Source: Candidatus Kapaibacterium sp. | Lineage (GTDB): Bacteria; Bacteroidota; Ignavibacteria; Kapaibacteriales; UBA2268 | DNA: 64,000 nucleotides | NCBI GenBank assembly: GCA_963665665.1 | Contig: OY762428.1 | Span: 3,552,001 to 3,616,000 of the forward strand | Direction of reading: 5' to 3' | In this document: in pieces, positions 48,490 through 58,252 of the stretch | How positions within the stretch are numbered: position 1 is the first letter of the stretch | Layout of the letters: every line of letters begins with the position of its first letter | Position numbers and translations under genes: made by a program | Notes under the pieces: generated by a model | Seen by the model: the letters and a program-made list of their open reading frames with translations, nothing else | Database searches by the model: none | Told to the model about the DNA's origin: nothing

Positions 48490-49269
48490 ATGTTAAAAGA
48501 ACTATATACAGCCGCGATGGGAATGCAGCCTCAGCAAACAAAGCTGGAGGTTACGGCTAACAACCTTGCTAACGCGAACACAGACGGGTTCAAGCGCGAG
48601 GGTGTTTTCCAGAGTACTCTTATCGAAGCGGGGCAGAACCTTAACAATGTTCCCGGCCAGGCTGAAAGAGAGGATGCCCCTCTGGGTTCTTTTACAGATT
48701 TTACCGCGGGAGCTTTCCGCCAGACCGGCAATCCTCTGGATATTGCTATTGAAAACGAAGGATTCTTTGAACTTCAGGATGAAGCAGGAAATACATATTA
48801 CACGAGGAACGGCCATTTTCAGTTATCCGAGGACGGATATATTACAGCCAGGGACGGCAACAGACTGATGGGCGACGGCGGAGCAATAGCAGTTCAGACA
48901 GAGTTCCTGAATGATCCGCTTATAACAAAAGACGGAAAGGCACTGAACCTGAATGTCAGGGAAAATGGCGAAGTCTTTATAAATGAGCAGTTCATAGGGG
49001 CTATAAAAGTTTATAATGTTGATAACCCGAATACTTTGAGCAAGTCTTCAAAACAGAATTTTATCGCGGATGAAAGCACTCTGATCAGCGAAATCTCACC
49101 GGATGAGATAAATCTGCGCCAGGGATGGGCCGAAGGATCGAATGTGAACATAGTCAGCGAAATGGTTGAAATGATAAAACTGCAAAGGTATTTTGAAGCA
49201 GGAAGCAAGGTTATCAAAACTAATGAAGCAACGATAGAAAAATCCCTTAGCTTAGGACGATTCTATTGA
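48490..49269 (+). CDS. flgF: Flagellar basal-body rod protein FlgF
   Basis: ANNLANANTDGFK, QTGNPLDIAI, YTRNGHF, EGSNVNIVSEM; precedes flgG. Confidence 0.85.
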   Translation: MLKELYTAAMGMQPQQTKLEVTANNLANANTDGFKREGVFQSTLIEAGQNLNNVPGQAEREDAPLGSFTDFTAGAFRQTGNPLDIAIENEGFFELQDEAGNTYYTRNGHFQLSEDGYITARDGNRLMGDGGAIAVQTEFLNDPLITKDGKALNLNVRENGEVFINEQFIGAIKVYNVDNPNTLSKSSKQNFIADESTLISEISPDEINLRQGWAEGSNVNIVSEMVEMIKLQRYFEAGSKVIKTNEATIEKSLSLGRFY

Positions 49270-49320
49270 TCGAAGAATTAATCCATGATTCAGGAAGAAC
49301 GATAAATACAGGGATGTACT

Positions 49321-50109
49321 ATGGATAAAACTCTCAGAACAGCAGCCACGGGGCTTTCGGCACAGCAGCAGTACATTGAAATAATATCGAACAACCTGGC
49401 GAATGTCAACACAAATGGTTTTAAAAAAGTAAGGCCGGAATTTCAGGACCTTCTTTATGAAACTCTTCGTCCGGCGGGAAATACCACCCGTACCGGCGTT
49501 GAACCGCTAAATGATGTTCAGATAGGTTCCGGTACTCAGCTTGCAGCAACCAGCAGGCAGTTTCTGCAAGGAGATATCAGCCAGACAGATAATCCCATGG
49601 ACATTGCCATAAACGGCGAAGGGTTTTTCGTAGTACGCAGGCCTGATAATACATTTGCCTATACCAGGGACGGTTCTTTCAATCTGGACAGGAACGGGCA
49701 GATTGTTACATCACAGGGATACGCTCTTGAACCGGGCTTTACCATACCATCGGATGCAGTTGAAATACAGGTTTCAAGGGACGGCGAACTGAAAGTTATC
49801 CTTGAAGGAACGCTTGAAGAACAAACACTGGGGCAGATAGACCTGGCAAGATTTGTAAATCCCGGCGGACTTCGCTCGGTTGGCGACAACCTGCTGCTTG
49901 AAACTGCTGCCTCGGGAAGGGCCATCTTTGAGCAGCCGGGCCACAATAATGCCGGTGAGCTAATCCAGAACCACCTTGAAAGTTCAAACGTTGATATTGT
50001 GGAAGAAATGGTAAACATGATCTCGGCACAGAGATCTTATGAATTGAATTCTAAATCAGTCAGAGCGGCGGATGAAATTTTAAATACAGCCGTAAATCTG
50101 AAACGTTAA
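49321..50109 (+). CDS. flgG: Flagellar basal-body rod protein FlgG
   Basis: SNNLANVNTNGFKK..EFQDLLY, YTRDGSF, LESSNVDIVEEMVNMISAQRSYELNSK. Confidence 0.95.
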   Translation: MDKTLRTAATGLSAQQQYIEIISNNLANVNTNGFKKVRPEFQDLLYETLRPAGNTTRTGVEPLNDVQIGSGTQLAATSRQFLQGDISQTDNPMDIAINGEGFFVVRRPDNTFAYTRDGSFNLDRNGQIVTSQGYALEPGFTIPSDAVEIQVSRDGELKVILEGTLEEQTLGQIDLARFVNPGGLRSVGDNLLLETAASGRAIFEQPGHNNAGELIQNHLESSNVDIVEEMVNMISAQRSYELNSKSVRAADEILNTAVNLKR

Positions 50110-50125
50110 TTTGAAAATTTAAATT

Positions 50126-50833
50126 ATGATAAAACAAACGGTAAATAACATCAGGACGATCTACGCGGTAATAATAATTGCCGCAATGCCGGTTGTTTTG
50201 TCAGCGGGATCAACCTTTTCAGGAGAAAAGTTAAAATCGGCCTGTAGCAGCTATATTTACAAATACACAGGGCAGGATGCCGTTGTAAACTTTGCTGCAG
50301 AAGTTAAAGACCAGTATTTCGACGAGGACAGAGTGACTGCAAGATGCACGGGCAGCCCGGATAGTTTCAGGAGCCTATGCTATGTTCACGTTGAATTCAG
50401 GCTGAATGGCAGGTTACTAAAAAGGTTGAATATTCCGGTACGCGTGAAAATCTACCGGGAAGTAGCTGTTGCAGGGGAGTCTCTTCCCTCAGGCAGCAAA
50501 ATCAAGGGATCTGACATAAACTACAAAAAGGTAGATATCACGCATTATAGTTCCAACGAACTGCCGGAGTATGATGACATCATCGGATCGACACTGGTAA
50601 CTTCTCTTCCAAAGGGAGCTGTTATCGTTAAATCTTCGCTCGGAGGCGATGTGTTGGTTCGAAGAGGCGACAAAGTGACCGTTGTTGCCTCATCCGGAGC
50701 CGTAAATGTACGGGCTTCCGGGTTTGCCATGCAGGATGCATCGGCAGGAGAACCGGTCAAAGTAAAATGCAATGGAAGCATATTGCGGGGACGCGTTGCC
50801 ATGGACGGCACAATTTTTTTATCCGACCGGTAA
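50126..50833 (+). CDS. flgA: Flagellar P-ring chaperone FlgA
   Basis: SAF-like region, LVRRGDKVTV...GFAMQDASAGEPVKV; lies between flgG and flgH. Confidence 0.85.
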   Translation: MIKQTVNNIRTIYAVIIIAAMPVVLSAGSTFSGEKLKSACSSYIYKYTGQDAVVNFAAEVKDQYFDEDRVTARCTGSPDSFRSLCYVHVEFRLNGRLLKRLNIPVRVKIYREVAVAGESLPSGSKIKGSDINYKKVDITHYSSNELPEYDDIIGSTLVTSLPKGAVIVKSSLGGDVLVRRGDKVTVVASSGAVNVRASGFAMQDASAGEPVKVKCNGSILRGRVAMDGTIFLSDR

Positions 50834-50875
50834 ACTTCTTCCGATTGCAGGTTTTTAATATCATCGAGGACTAAG

Positions 50876-51457
50876 ATGAAATCTATGACACAAAAACTTC
50901 TGCCGATCTTCCTCCTGCTTATTTTTATGAGCGGGGCAAAAGCTCAATTCACTGAGGCTAACTCCAGATCCCTGTTTTCTGATGTGAAAGCTTTCCGCAC
51001 TGGGGATGCCGTGATGGTAATAATAACCGAAGTAACAAAAGCCGACAATAGCGCTTCCACCTCAGAATCAAGGGAAACCGAACTTGGAGGTGGCTTCGGG
51101 CTTTCAACAGGATCAAGTAATACTGATATTGACGCCGAACTTGGTACAGGCAATAGTTTTTCAGGGAGCGGACAGACAACACGCCAGGAACAGATAAGTG
51201 CAAAGATCAGTGCCCGTGTTGTTGAAGTAGATGAAAACGGAAACCTGAAAATTGAAGGCCAGAGAAAAACGACCATAAACGGTGAAGAACAGACAATCAT
51301 TATCAGCGGGCTTGTCAGGCCGGTTGATATTATGCCTTCAAATTCTGTTTATTCCTACAATGTTATGGATCTTGCCCTTACAATAGAAGGAATCGGAACT
51401 GTTTCAGATACGCAGGAACCGGGATTACTAACAAAGTTTATACGATTTTTATTTTAG
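50876..51457 (+). CDS. flgH: Flagellar L-ring protein FlgH
   Basis: SLFSDVKA..GD, ARVVEVDENGNLKIEG, SGLVRPVDI..N, PGLLTKF. Confidence 0.9.
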   Translation: MKSMTQKLLPIFLLLIFMSGAKAQFTEANSRSLFSDVKAFRTGDAVMVIITEVTKADNSASTSESRETELGGGFGLSTGSSNTDIDAELGTGNSFSGSGQTTRQEQISAKISARVVEVDENGNLKIEGQRKTTINGEEQTIIISGLVRPVDIMPSNSVYSYNVMDLALTIEGIGTVSDTQEPGLLTKFIRFLF

Positions 51458-51460
51458 GAT

Positions 51461-52576
51461 ATGACCATAACCATAAGAAATATAACCATTATAATGTTTC
51501 TCGCGATATTTGCTTCAACCGGAGCTGATGCCGCGAGAATCAAGGATATTGCACGCATTGAAGGATCATCCGGTGTTCAGGTGATTGGTTACGGCCTTGT
51601 TAGCGGCTTGAACCAGTCAGGCGATAACCAGCTTACAACATTCACCGTGCAGTCGGTATCCAACATGCTTAAGCGTTTTGGTATTACCATTCCCAATTCC
51701 AATCCGAGAATGAGGAATGTAGCGGCAGTTATGGTTACTGCAACAATACCGTCATACCTGAAAGAAGGGTCAAAAGTTGATGTTCAGGTATCGTCTATCG
51801 GGGATGCGACTTCACTACAGGGCGGTGTACTTCTAATGACTCCTCTGCTTAGCTCTTCTGGTGAAGTTGTTGGTTTGGCCCAGGGCGGGCTATCCGTGGG
51901 AGGGTTCGATTTTCGCTCGCTTGGGTCCAGAGTAGGACGTAATTTTGTAACAACAGCCAGGGTTCCGAACGGACTGATCCTGGAAAGGGATATTGATGCA
52001 AAGTTCGTTGATAATCAGCTGATTAAAATTACTTTGCTGGAGCCTGATTTCTCTACCTGCAACAGGATGGCAGCTGCAATCAGAACAGTTGCCGGACTTG
52101 CCAATGCAGTAACAGCAATTGACGCTGCTACTGTCCAGATACAGCTTCCTGCAGGGCAGACTTCTGATCAGAATATTCAGACAATTTCCCAGATAGAAAT
52201 TCTGAACATTGCTACAGATGTAGCTGCCAAAGTAGTTATAAACGAAAGGACAGGTACTGTTGTAGTAGGTGGCAATGTTGAACTTTTACCATCAGTAATA
52301 GCTCACGGAGGCCTTGAAATTTCCATACAGAAGAATATCATTGTACCCAACCAGGCTCCGTTTACATTAGCGCCAAGAAATCCTGTTGAAACGGCAACGG
52401 TAATTGTTGAAGAAGAAATGAATCCGTCAACGCCGCTTGAAGTAAACCAGGCTGCAACAGTGCAGGATATTGCAAATTCTTTGAATATGCTGCAGGTGAA
52501 ACCACGTGACCTTATTGCAATTTTTCAGGCGTTGAAGGAATCGGGGGCTTTGCAGGCTGAATTGGTTATACAGTAG
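51461..52576 (+). CDS. flgI: Flagellar P-ring protein FlgI
   Basis: ARIKDIA, GYGLVSGL, NVAAVMVTA, SLQGGVLLMTPL, VVINERTGTVV. Confidence 0.95.
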   Translation: MTITIRNITIIMFLAIFASTGADAARIKDIARIEGSSGVQVIGYGLVSGLNQSGDNQLTTFTVQSVSNMLKRFGITIPNSNPRMRNVAAVMVTATIPSYLKEGSKVDVQVSSIGDATSLQGGVLLMTPLLSSSGEVVGLAQGGLSVGGFDFRSLGSRVGRNFVTTARVPNGLILERDIDAKFVDNQLIKITLLEPDFSTCNRMAAAIRTVAGLANAVTAIDAATVQIQLPAGQTSDQNIQTISQIEILNIATDVAAKVVINERTGTVVVGGNVELLPSVIAHGGLEISIQKNIIVPNQAPFTLAPRNPVETATVIVEEEMNPSTPLEVNQAATVQDIANSLNMLQVKPRDLIAIFQALKESGALQAELVIQ

Positions 52577-52615
52577 GAATGACTATTAATTATTATGAAA
52601 AATTCTAAAAATATC

Positions 52616-52688
52616 TGACCCCACCCAAACCCTCTCCGAAGGGGAGGGCTTATTCAAAGCCCCTCCTTCGGAGGGGTTGGGGAGGTCA
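52616..52688. repeat. GC-rich REP-like element, copy 2 (inside the flagellar operon)
   Basis: tgaccccacccaaaccctctccgaaggggagggct..agcccctccttcggaggggttggggaggtca. Confidence 0.8.
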
Positions 52689-52710
52689 AAATAAAATATA
52701 TAAGATTATC

Positions 52711-53589
52711 ATGGACGAACTTTTTAACATAAACAGGGATAACGCAGCTGCTTCCATACAGGAAAGCAGGCTTGAGAAGCTTGCTTCTTTGAAAAGCACA
52801 AAAGCCGTAACCCAAATGGATGAATCCGAGAAAGCAGGGTTGGCAAAGGCTGCCCGTGGCTTTGAATCCATGTTCGTTCACATGATGATAAAAGAGATGA
52901 AAAAAGCAATGCTTGAAGAAGACGAAAGCGATATGAATTTCGGCGCCGATACTCTTCTGGGCTATTCAGATATGCTCCTTTCCGAGCAGATATCCAATAC
53001 AGGACAAGGTATGGGCCTGGCTTCTTCATTATATAAGCAATTAACAGGAGAGGATATTGGAGGAATTACATCTGAAATAATTCAGGAAATGCCACCTGCA
53101 TTTAAGCTGCCTGTTAGCGAGCATTTCAATTCCCCATCAGAATCCTCAGGAAATGTGATTCAGATTATGAATACAAATTCTTCAGATAACAGAATCAGCT
53201 CAATTAATGATCTTGTTCAATCTGCCGCAGATAAATATGGTGTTGATTCCAACCTGATAAAGGCCGTGATAAAGGCTGAATCCGCAGGACAGGCAAATGC
53301 AGTTTCACCTGCCGGGGCAAAAGGCCTGATGCAGCTGATGGACGGAACTGCAAAAGATATGGGAGTAAGCAATCCGTTCAATCCTGAAGAAAATATTGAC
53401 GGAGGTGCTAAATATCTTTCGAAAATGTTGGATAGATATGACGGTAATACAGAATTGGCGCTGGCCGCATATAATGCCGGCCCGGGAAATGTAGATAAGT
53501 ATGACGGTATTCCGCCTTTTGCAGAAACAAAAGCCTATGTAAAGAGAGTGGGCAAATATTACGATAACTATAATATAAATAATAAATAG
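52711..53589 (+). CDS. flgJ: FlgJ-like rod-binding protein fused to an SLT (GH23) lytic transglycosylase
   Basis: [17 protein letters not shown] rod-binding motif; [32 protein letters not shown]. Confidence 0.8.
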   Translation: MDELFNINRDNAAASIQESRLEKLASLKSTKAVTQMDESEKAGLAKAARGFESMFVHMMIKEMKKAMLEEDESDMNFGADTLLGYSDMLLSEQISNTGQGMGLASSLYKQLTGEDIGGITSEIIQEMPPAFKLPVSEHFNSPSESSGNVIQIMNTNSSDNRISSINDLVQSAADKYGVDSNLIKAVIKAESAGQANAVSPAGAKGLMQLMDGTAKDMGVSNPFNPEENIDGGAKYLSKMLDRYDGNTELALAAYNAGPGNVDKYDGIPPFAETKAYVKRVGKYYDNYNINNK

Positions 53590-53601
53590 TTCGGTGAATA
53601 T

Positions 53602-54039
53602 ATGACTGAAAAACTGACTGCGCTGATGAACCATGAACTTGAATTGCTGAAAAGGCTTAGTATGCTGGCTGAAAAACAGCAGATAGCTCTAATAAAGCAT
53701 GAAATGTCATCAGTAGAGAAAATAACAAAAGCACAAGAACAGCTTTCCGAACAGTTGAAAAAAGCCGAGGATATCAGGATAAATTTCCTCGCTTCATGGC
53801 TGAAAATTCCAAGGAAAGATGCAGGGAAACTACCACTCTCGTTATTGGAAAAGAACTTCCCGAAAGAGGAAAGCCTTAAGTTACTGGAACTGAAAGCAAG
53901 TGTAAAAGACACAATGACAGAGCTTAAAAATCTGAATACTACAAATAAAATTCTTGCAAACAGGGCAAATAACAGCGTTAATAAAATGATCTCGCTTTTT
54001 ACGAACGGTAAAAATCATGTTTGCAATGTTAAAATTTGA
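53602..54039 (+). CDS. flgN: Flagellar export chaperone FlgN
   Basis: Helical 145-aa protein; LKNLNTTNKIL motif; upstream of flgK. Confidence 0.75.
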   Translation: MTEKLTALMNHELELLKRLSMLAEKQQIALIKHEMSSVEKITKAQEQLSEQLKKAEDIRINFLASWLKIPRKDAGKLPLSLLEKNFPKEESLKLLELKASVKDTMTELKNLNTTNKILANRANNSVNKMISLFTNGKNHVCNVKI

Positions 54040-54096
54040 TTATTACTTGCAAAATAATAAATAATATCAGGAAGTTTGCTGATTCAGGGAGGAATC

Positions 54097-54453
54097 ATGA
54101 TTGAGAAAAAAAATTATAGGAATACTGATATGTGGCAAAAAACTGATGAACTGGTCAGTAAAATTGTCAGTTTTAGCGAAAGCCTGCCCAAAGACGACCT
54201 GAGGGACATAAGAAAAAGGCTTAGAACTTCAGCAGATATGGTTGCACCTGCACTTGAAGAAGGTTTCAGGAAGCGGAACAAAGTTGATAAAATTCGCCAA
54301 TGGATTAAAGCCAACGGAATGCTTGAAGAATGCAAAGACTATCTTTTGCTTGTAAAAACTTTAAAATACGGCCAGACTGACGAACTGGTAAAACATGTTG
54401 AAGAAGTATCAGAACTTTTAAAAGAAAATTATAATACTGTTGTTTCAAATTAA
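54097..54453 (+). CDS. Four-helix-bundle protein (23S rRNA IVP/bAvd-like), divergent
   Basis: YRNTDMWQK..L, SLPKDD, RLRTSA..EEG, ANGMLEEC..YL; GGAGG RBS before ATG 54097. Confidence 0.7.
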   Translation: MIEKKNYRNTDMWQKTDELVSKIVSFSESLPKDDLRDIRKRLRTSADMVAPALEEGFRKRNKVDKIRQWIKANGMLEECKDYLLLVKTLKYGQTDELVKHVEEVSELLKENYNTVVSN

Positions 54454-54484
54454 TAAATAGCAGAATAATCACCCCGGAGAAATT

Positions 54485-55930
54485 ATGGCAACCGGACTAT
54501 CAACACTTGAAACTGGAAAAAGAGCCCTTGCAGCACAAAGGCTCGGGCTGGATATCACCTCCAATAATATTGCCAATGTTAATACCGAAGGCTATTCAAG
54601 GCGTACTGCTGTTATCACGGAATCAACGCCCTGGAATAACGCCGGTACTTTTCGGGGCACGGGAGTTGTGGCCGATACCATTAAAACCTACAGGGAAGAA
54701 TTTTTTGACCGGGAAATTAGAAATAATATTTCCAGGCAATCAACCTATGAAAGTGATGTTCAGATTTATACCAGGGTGGAAGCCATACTGGCAGAACCTT
54801 CTGATTCAGGGCTTGGTTCTGTTGTTGAGGATTTCTTTAATTCTTTCAGGGAATTAAGTTCGAAACCGGAAAGTATTGCTTTCAGAACAAATGTCCTTAA
54901 CAACGCGGAAACAATGGTTTATCGTTTGAATACAACGGCAGCACAATTTTCTGATCTTCGCAACGAAGTGGGAGATACTTTATACAGGAAAGTTGATAAT
55001 GCCAATACCCTGATCAAAGAAATAACACAGTATAATAAAGAAATCAATATTAATCGTTCGAAAAACGGACAGGCTGCCCAGGCTTATGTTGACGGGCGGG
55101 AAGCTAAGCTTGAAGAACTTTCGGAACTGATTAATATTAATGTTACTCAAAATGATGATGGTACAATAAATGTTTTTTCCGGAGGTATTAACCTTGTAAC
55201 CGGGCCGATTGCCAATTCACTGAAATTAAATGAAAAAGTTGATTCTGTTACCGGGGAACGAACATTTAGCCTTCGGAAAATTGATTCGGGAAATAATGCT
55301 TTAAGCAATATCAAGCCTCAGGACGGTGAAATTGCTGCTCTTATGCACCATTATAATGTTTCTCTGGATGAGAATGATTCCAGCGGAGATTATTCTGCAT
55401 ATACCGACCTGAACAATCTGGTAAATACTTTGGTAACAAAAGTTAATGATATAACTGTTTCCGGATTTGGCCTGAATGATACTGATGCTGCCGCTCCCGG
55501 AAGAACATTTTTTGAACCCTCGGACGGTTCAGCCGGTATGCTGAATATTCAACTGTCAGATGATATCAAAGATAATCCCGCTGATATACCGGTTTCTTCC
55601 GCAGTCGGTGAGGCCGGGAATAATCAAATAGCACTTGATATCGCTAATCTTTCTGATGATACCGGTTTCCTGGACGGAACAACCCCTAACGAATATTATA
55701 CTAATTATCTTGCAGGGTTTGCCGGGCTGAAACGTGAAGCAGAGAACAACAGTACAACTGCTGTACTGGTTACAGATCAGATGAAATCACAAAGGGAATC
55801 TGTTATTGGTGTGAATACAGACGAGGAAGCTATCAACCTGATAAAATATCAAAAATCTTTCGAAGCTGCTTCAAGAGTGATAAATACAATCGATGAAATG
55901 TTAACCACAATAGTTAATCTTGGAAGGTAA
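54485..55930 (+). CDS. flgK: Flagellar hook-associated protein FlgK
   Basis: SNNIANVNTEGYSRR; GVNTDEEAINLIKYQKSFEAASRVI. Confidence 0.95.
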   Translation: MATGLSTLETGKRALAAQRLGLDITSNNIANVNTEGYSRRTAVITESTPWNNAGTFRGTGVVADTIKTYREEFFDREIRNNISRQSTYESDVQIYTRVEAILAEPSDSGLGSVVEDFFNSFRELSSKPESIAFRTNVLNNAETMVYRLNTTAAQFSDLRNEVGDTLYRKVDNANTLIKEITQYNKEININRSKNGQAAQAYVDGREAKLEELSELININVTQNDDGTINVFSGGINLVTGPIANSLKLNEKVDSVTGERTFSLRKIDSGNNALSNIKPQDGEIAALMHHYNVSLDENDSSGDYSAYTDLNNLVNTLVTKVNDITVSGFGLNDTDAAAPGRTFFEPSDGSAGMLNIQLSDDIKDNPADIPVSSAVGEAGNNQIALDIANLSDDTGFLDGTTPNEYYTNYLAGFAGLKREAENNSTTAVLVTDQMKSQRESVIGVNTDEEAINLIKYQKSFEAASRVINTIDEMLTTIVNLGR

Positions 55931-55945
55931 TAAACGGAGAGCGGA

Positions 55946-56929
55946 ATGAGAATAACAACTAATTCAGTATATATTCCATATCAAAGAAATGTTGCGGAGC
56001 TTCAGGAAAGTGTTTACCGTGAACAGATAAGGCTGAATACCGGGAAATATCTTGTTTCCGTTTCCGATTCACCCGACAGGCTGGCTGATACAAAAAAATT
56101 TACCACCGAAATAAATAATAACGAAGCGCACATAAATGTTATTGACGATGCTCTGGCGGAAATGAGAGTTGTGGATGAACAACTTGAAAACGTGTTGGAT
56201 AAACTGATCAGTATCAGGCAGCTTGCAATCGAATCATCTGCAACCGGTAATATGGGAAATCTTTACTCAATGGGTGTATATGTTAAAGGATTGCTTGACG
56301 ATATTGTAAACGATGCAAACCTTGATTTCAAAGGTCGATTTCTTTTTTCCGGTACAAAAACAACGCCTGATTCCCTTGATAACGATGCCAAAATACCTTA
56401 TGTTCTTGTGGAAGGAGAACCGACTGAAGATAATCTGTCCGGCCTGTCCGTTGAATTTAACGGTAACGATAAAGGCAGGAGGGTAAACAAGGATAAATAT
56501 TCGGACGAAAGAATTAATATTCTTCCCTCTGAACTTTTCGGTGAATCTGCAACAGAGATATTTCAGCCGATTATTAATCTCTACAATATTTTTACTTATG
56601 ATTCTGAAGGTAATAAAAGGGATGAAAATTCCAAATTTACCAAGGAAGAACTTGGCCTGATTGATGGCTACCAGAAGGAAATTGCAGATTTCCACACAAT
56701 GATATCAAATGCCTCCTCGCATAATGGCGGGAAAATGGCCAGGCTTGAAGCAATTCAAACACAGATGACTTATGAAAGCTCAATCCTTAAGGATATTCGA
56801 TCTTTAAATGAAGATACTAATGTAACTGAATCCGTAATACAATTGAAGAAAGATGAGACTGCCCTGCAATACTCAATGCGAATAGGCAGCCAGATGATCC
56901 CCGTATCTTTATTTGATTTTCTGGGATGA
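55946..56929 (+). CDS. flgL: Flagellar hook-associated protein FlgL
   Basis: MRIT start, TGK..SDSP, GRFLFSGTK, C-terminal SLFDFLG; follows flgK. Confidence 0.88.
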   Translation: MRITTNSVYIPYQRNVAELQESVYREQIRLNTGKYLVSVSDSPDRLADTKKFTTEINNNEAHINVIDDALAEMRVVDEQLENVLDKLISIRQLAIESSATGNMGNLYSMGVYVKGLLDDIVNDANLDFKGRFLFSGTKTTPDSLDNDAKIPYVLVEGEPTEDNLSGLSVEFNGNDKGRRVNKDKYSDERINILPSELFGESATEIFQPIINLYNIFTYDSEGNKRDENSKFTKEELGLIDGYQKEIADFHTMISNASSHNGGKMARLEAIQTQMTYESSILKDIRSLNEDTNVTESVIQLKKDETALQYSMRIGSQMIPVSLFDFLG

Positions 56930-56947
56930 TAAGCATATATTTACAGT

Positions 56948-57793
56948 ATGAAAATTAGTACACTCATAGGAATCATTTTCGGCCTGCTTGCCATTTTCGG
57001 AGCTTTTCTCTGGGAAGGCGGTACTATTGATACCCTGTTCATGCTGCCCGCGATGCTTATTGTTTTCGGGGGTACTTTTGCTGCAGGGCTGGCCGGATCG
57101 TCTTTCAGGCAGATGGCAAAAATGCCTCAACTGATTAAGATAGCAATATTTCCGCCTAAATATGATATAGAAGCAATAACCAGGCAGATTGTTAGTTTTG
57201 CATTCATGGCACGTAAAGAGGGAATTCTTTCATTAGAAAAACAACTCGGAAAGGTTAAGCATCCATTCCTGAAAAAATTGTTAACCATTAGCATTGATGG
57301 TGCTGACCCTGAAACTCTCGTTGATATTGTTGAAAAAGAAATGGAATATATCAGTGCCCGGCACAATGCAAATATTAACCTGTTCGTAAAAATGGGCGGT
57401 TATTCTCCTACCATGGGTATTATCGGTACTGTAATGGGGCTTATTGCTACACTTGCTGCGGCAGGCAGCGACCCCAATGTACTTATTCATCATATTGCAT
57501 CTGCATTTATAGCTACCATGTGGGGTATCCTGATGGCAAATATAGTATGGCTGCCAATAGGCGACAAACTTAAAACCCTTCATAATAATGAAATGCAGAT
57601 ACTGAACGTTATGCTTGACGGTATGTATGCCGTACAACTTGGCGAAATGCCATCGGTTATCAAATCAAGGCTTTCTTCTGCCTTCCCTTTGTCACAGCAG
57701 GAGAGCCTGATGAAACAGTCCACCAGTCGTATTCCCCGCTCGGCTCCAACTGTTAACCCGCCGGCACAGCCGGCTCCTGATCCAAAGAAGTAA
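56948..57793 (+). CDS. motA: Flagellar stator protein MotA
   Basis: PAMLIVFGGT, ARKEGILSLE, GYSPTMGIIGTVMGLI, AFIATMWG, WLPI; Pro-rich tail. Confidence 0.9.
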   Translation: MKISTLIGIIFGLLAIFGAFLWEGGTIDTLFMLPAMLIVFGGTFAAGLAGSSFRQMAKMPQLIKIAIFPPKYDIEAITRQIVSFAFMARKEGILSLEKQLGKVKHPFLKKLLTISIDGADPETLVDIVEKEMEYISARHNANINLFVKMGGYSPTMGIIGTVMGLIATLAAAGSDPNVLIHHIASAFIATMWGILMANIVWLPIGDKLKTLHNNEMQILNVMLDGMYAVQLGEMPSVIKSRLSSAFPLSQQESLMKQSTSRIPRSAPTVNPPAQPAPDPKK

Positions 57794-57831
57794 AAAAAAT
57801 ACCCGGCTGAAATTTCAGTCGGGTATTTTTT
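57794..57831. terminator. Bidirectional intrinsic terminator after motA
   Basis: aaaaaatacccggctga-aatt-tcagtcgggtatttttt. Confidence 0.85.
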
Positions 57832-57835
57832 GAAA

Positions 57836-58126
57836 TTATACAAATATTAAAAAGGCTATGATAATAAGCAGGCCAATGATGAAAAAGAGGAGGAAATCCC
57901 TGGTTTTGGTTTTTTTAACTGCTTTTTTTGATTTGTTAATATCCATGTAATATCTGCCCTTGTTTGCTTCCAGTATGATTCCCTTAGATACAAGTTTCCT
58001 GAACACAGGGCTGTCCTTAATCCCTATTTCAGATAATTTTCGTGCCCTGACCGGAATAGTAGCCCCGCTTCGGCGGAATTTCTCGGCAAATTTTTCCTGC
58101 GCCGCAATTAAAGAAGATGATGCCAT
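57836..58126 (-). CDS. Small protein, possible wHTH with a C-terminal TM helix
   Basis: FRKLVSKGII...GRYYMD followed by a hydrophobic C-terminus. Confidence 0.6.
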   Translation of the reverse strand: MASSSLIAAQEKFAEKFRRSGATIPVRARKLSEIGIKDSPVFRKLVSKGIILEANKGRYYMDINKSKKAVKKTKTRDFLLFFIIGLLIIIAFLIFV

Positions 58127-58252
58127 AAGGCTCTCCCTGTAATATTATCAAAGTACCTTCTGTGAATTTTAAACTTTTATATTTTAATAAGAAAAAATGA
58201 AAAAGGCAAGAAAATAATTCCTGCCCATAAAGAAATTTATATTCGGGAAGTC

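Noticed and set aside
54097-54453. Diversity-generating retroelement suggested by the bAvd-like protein
   Set aside because: No reverse transcriptase and no TR/VR repeat pair seen in the window
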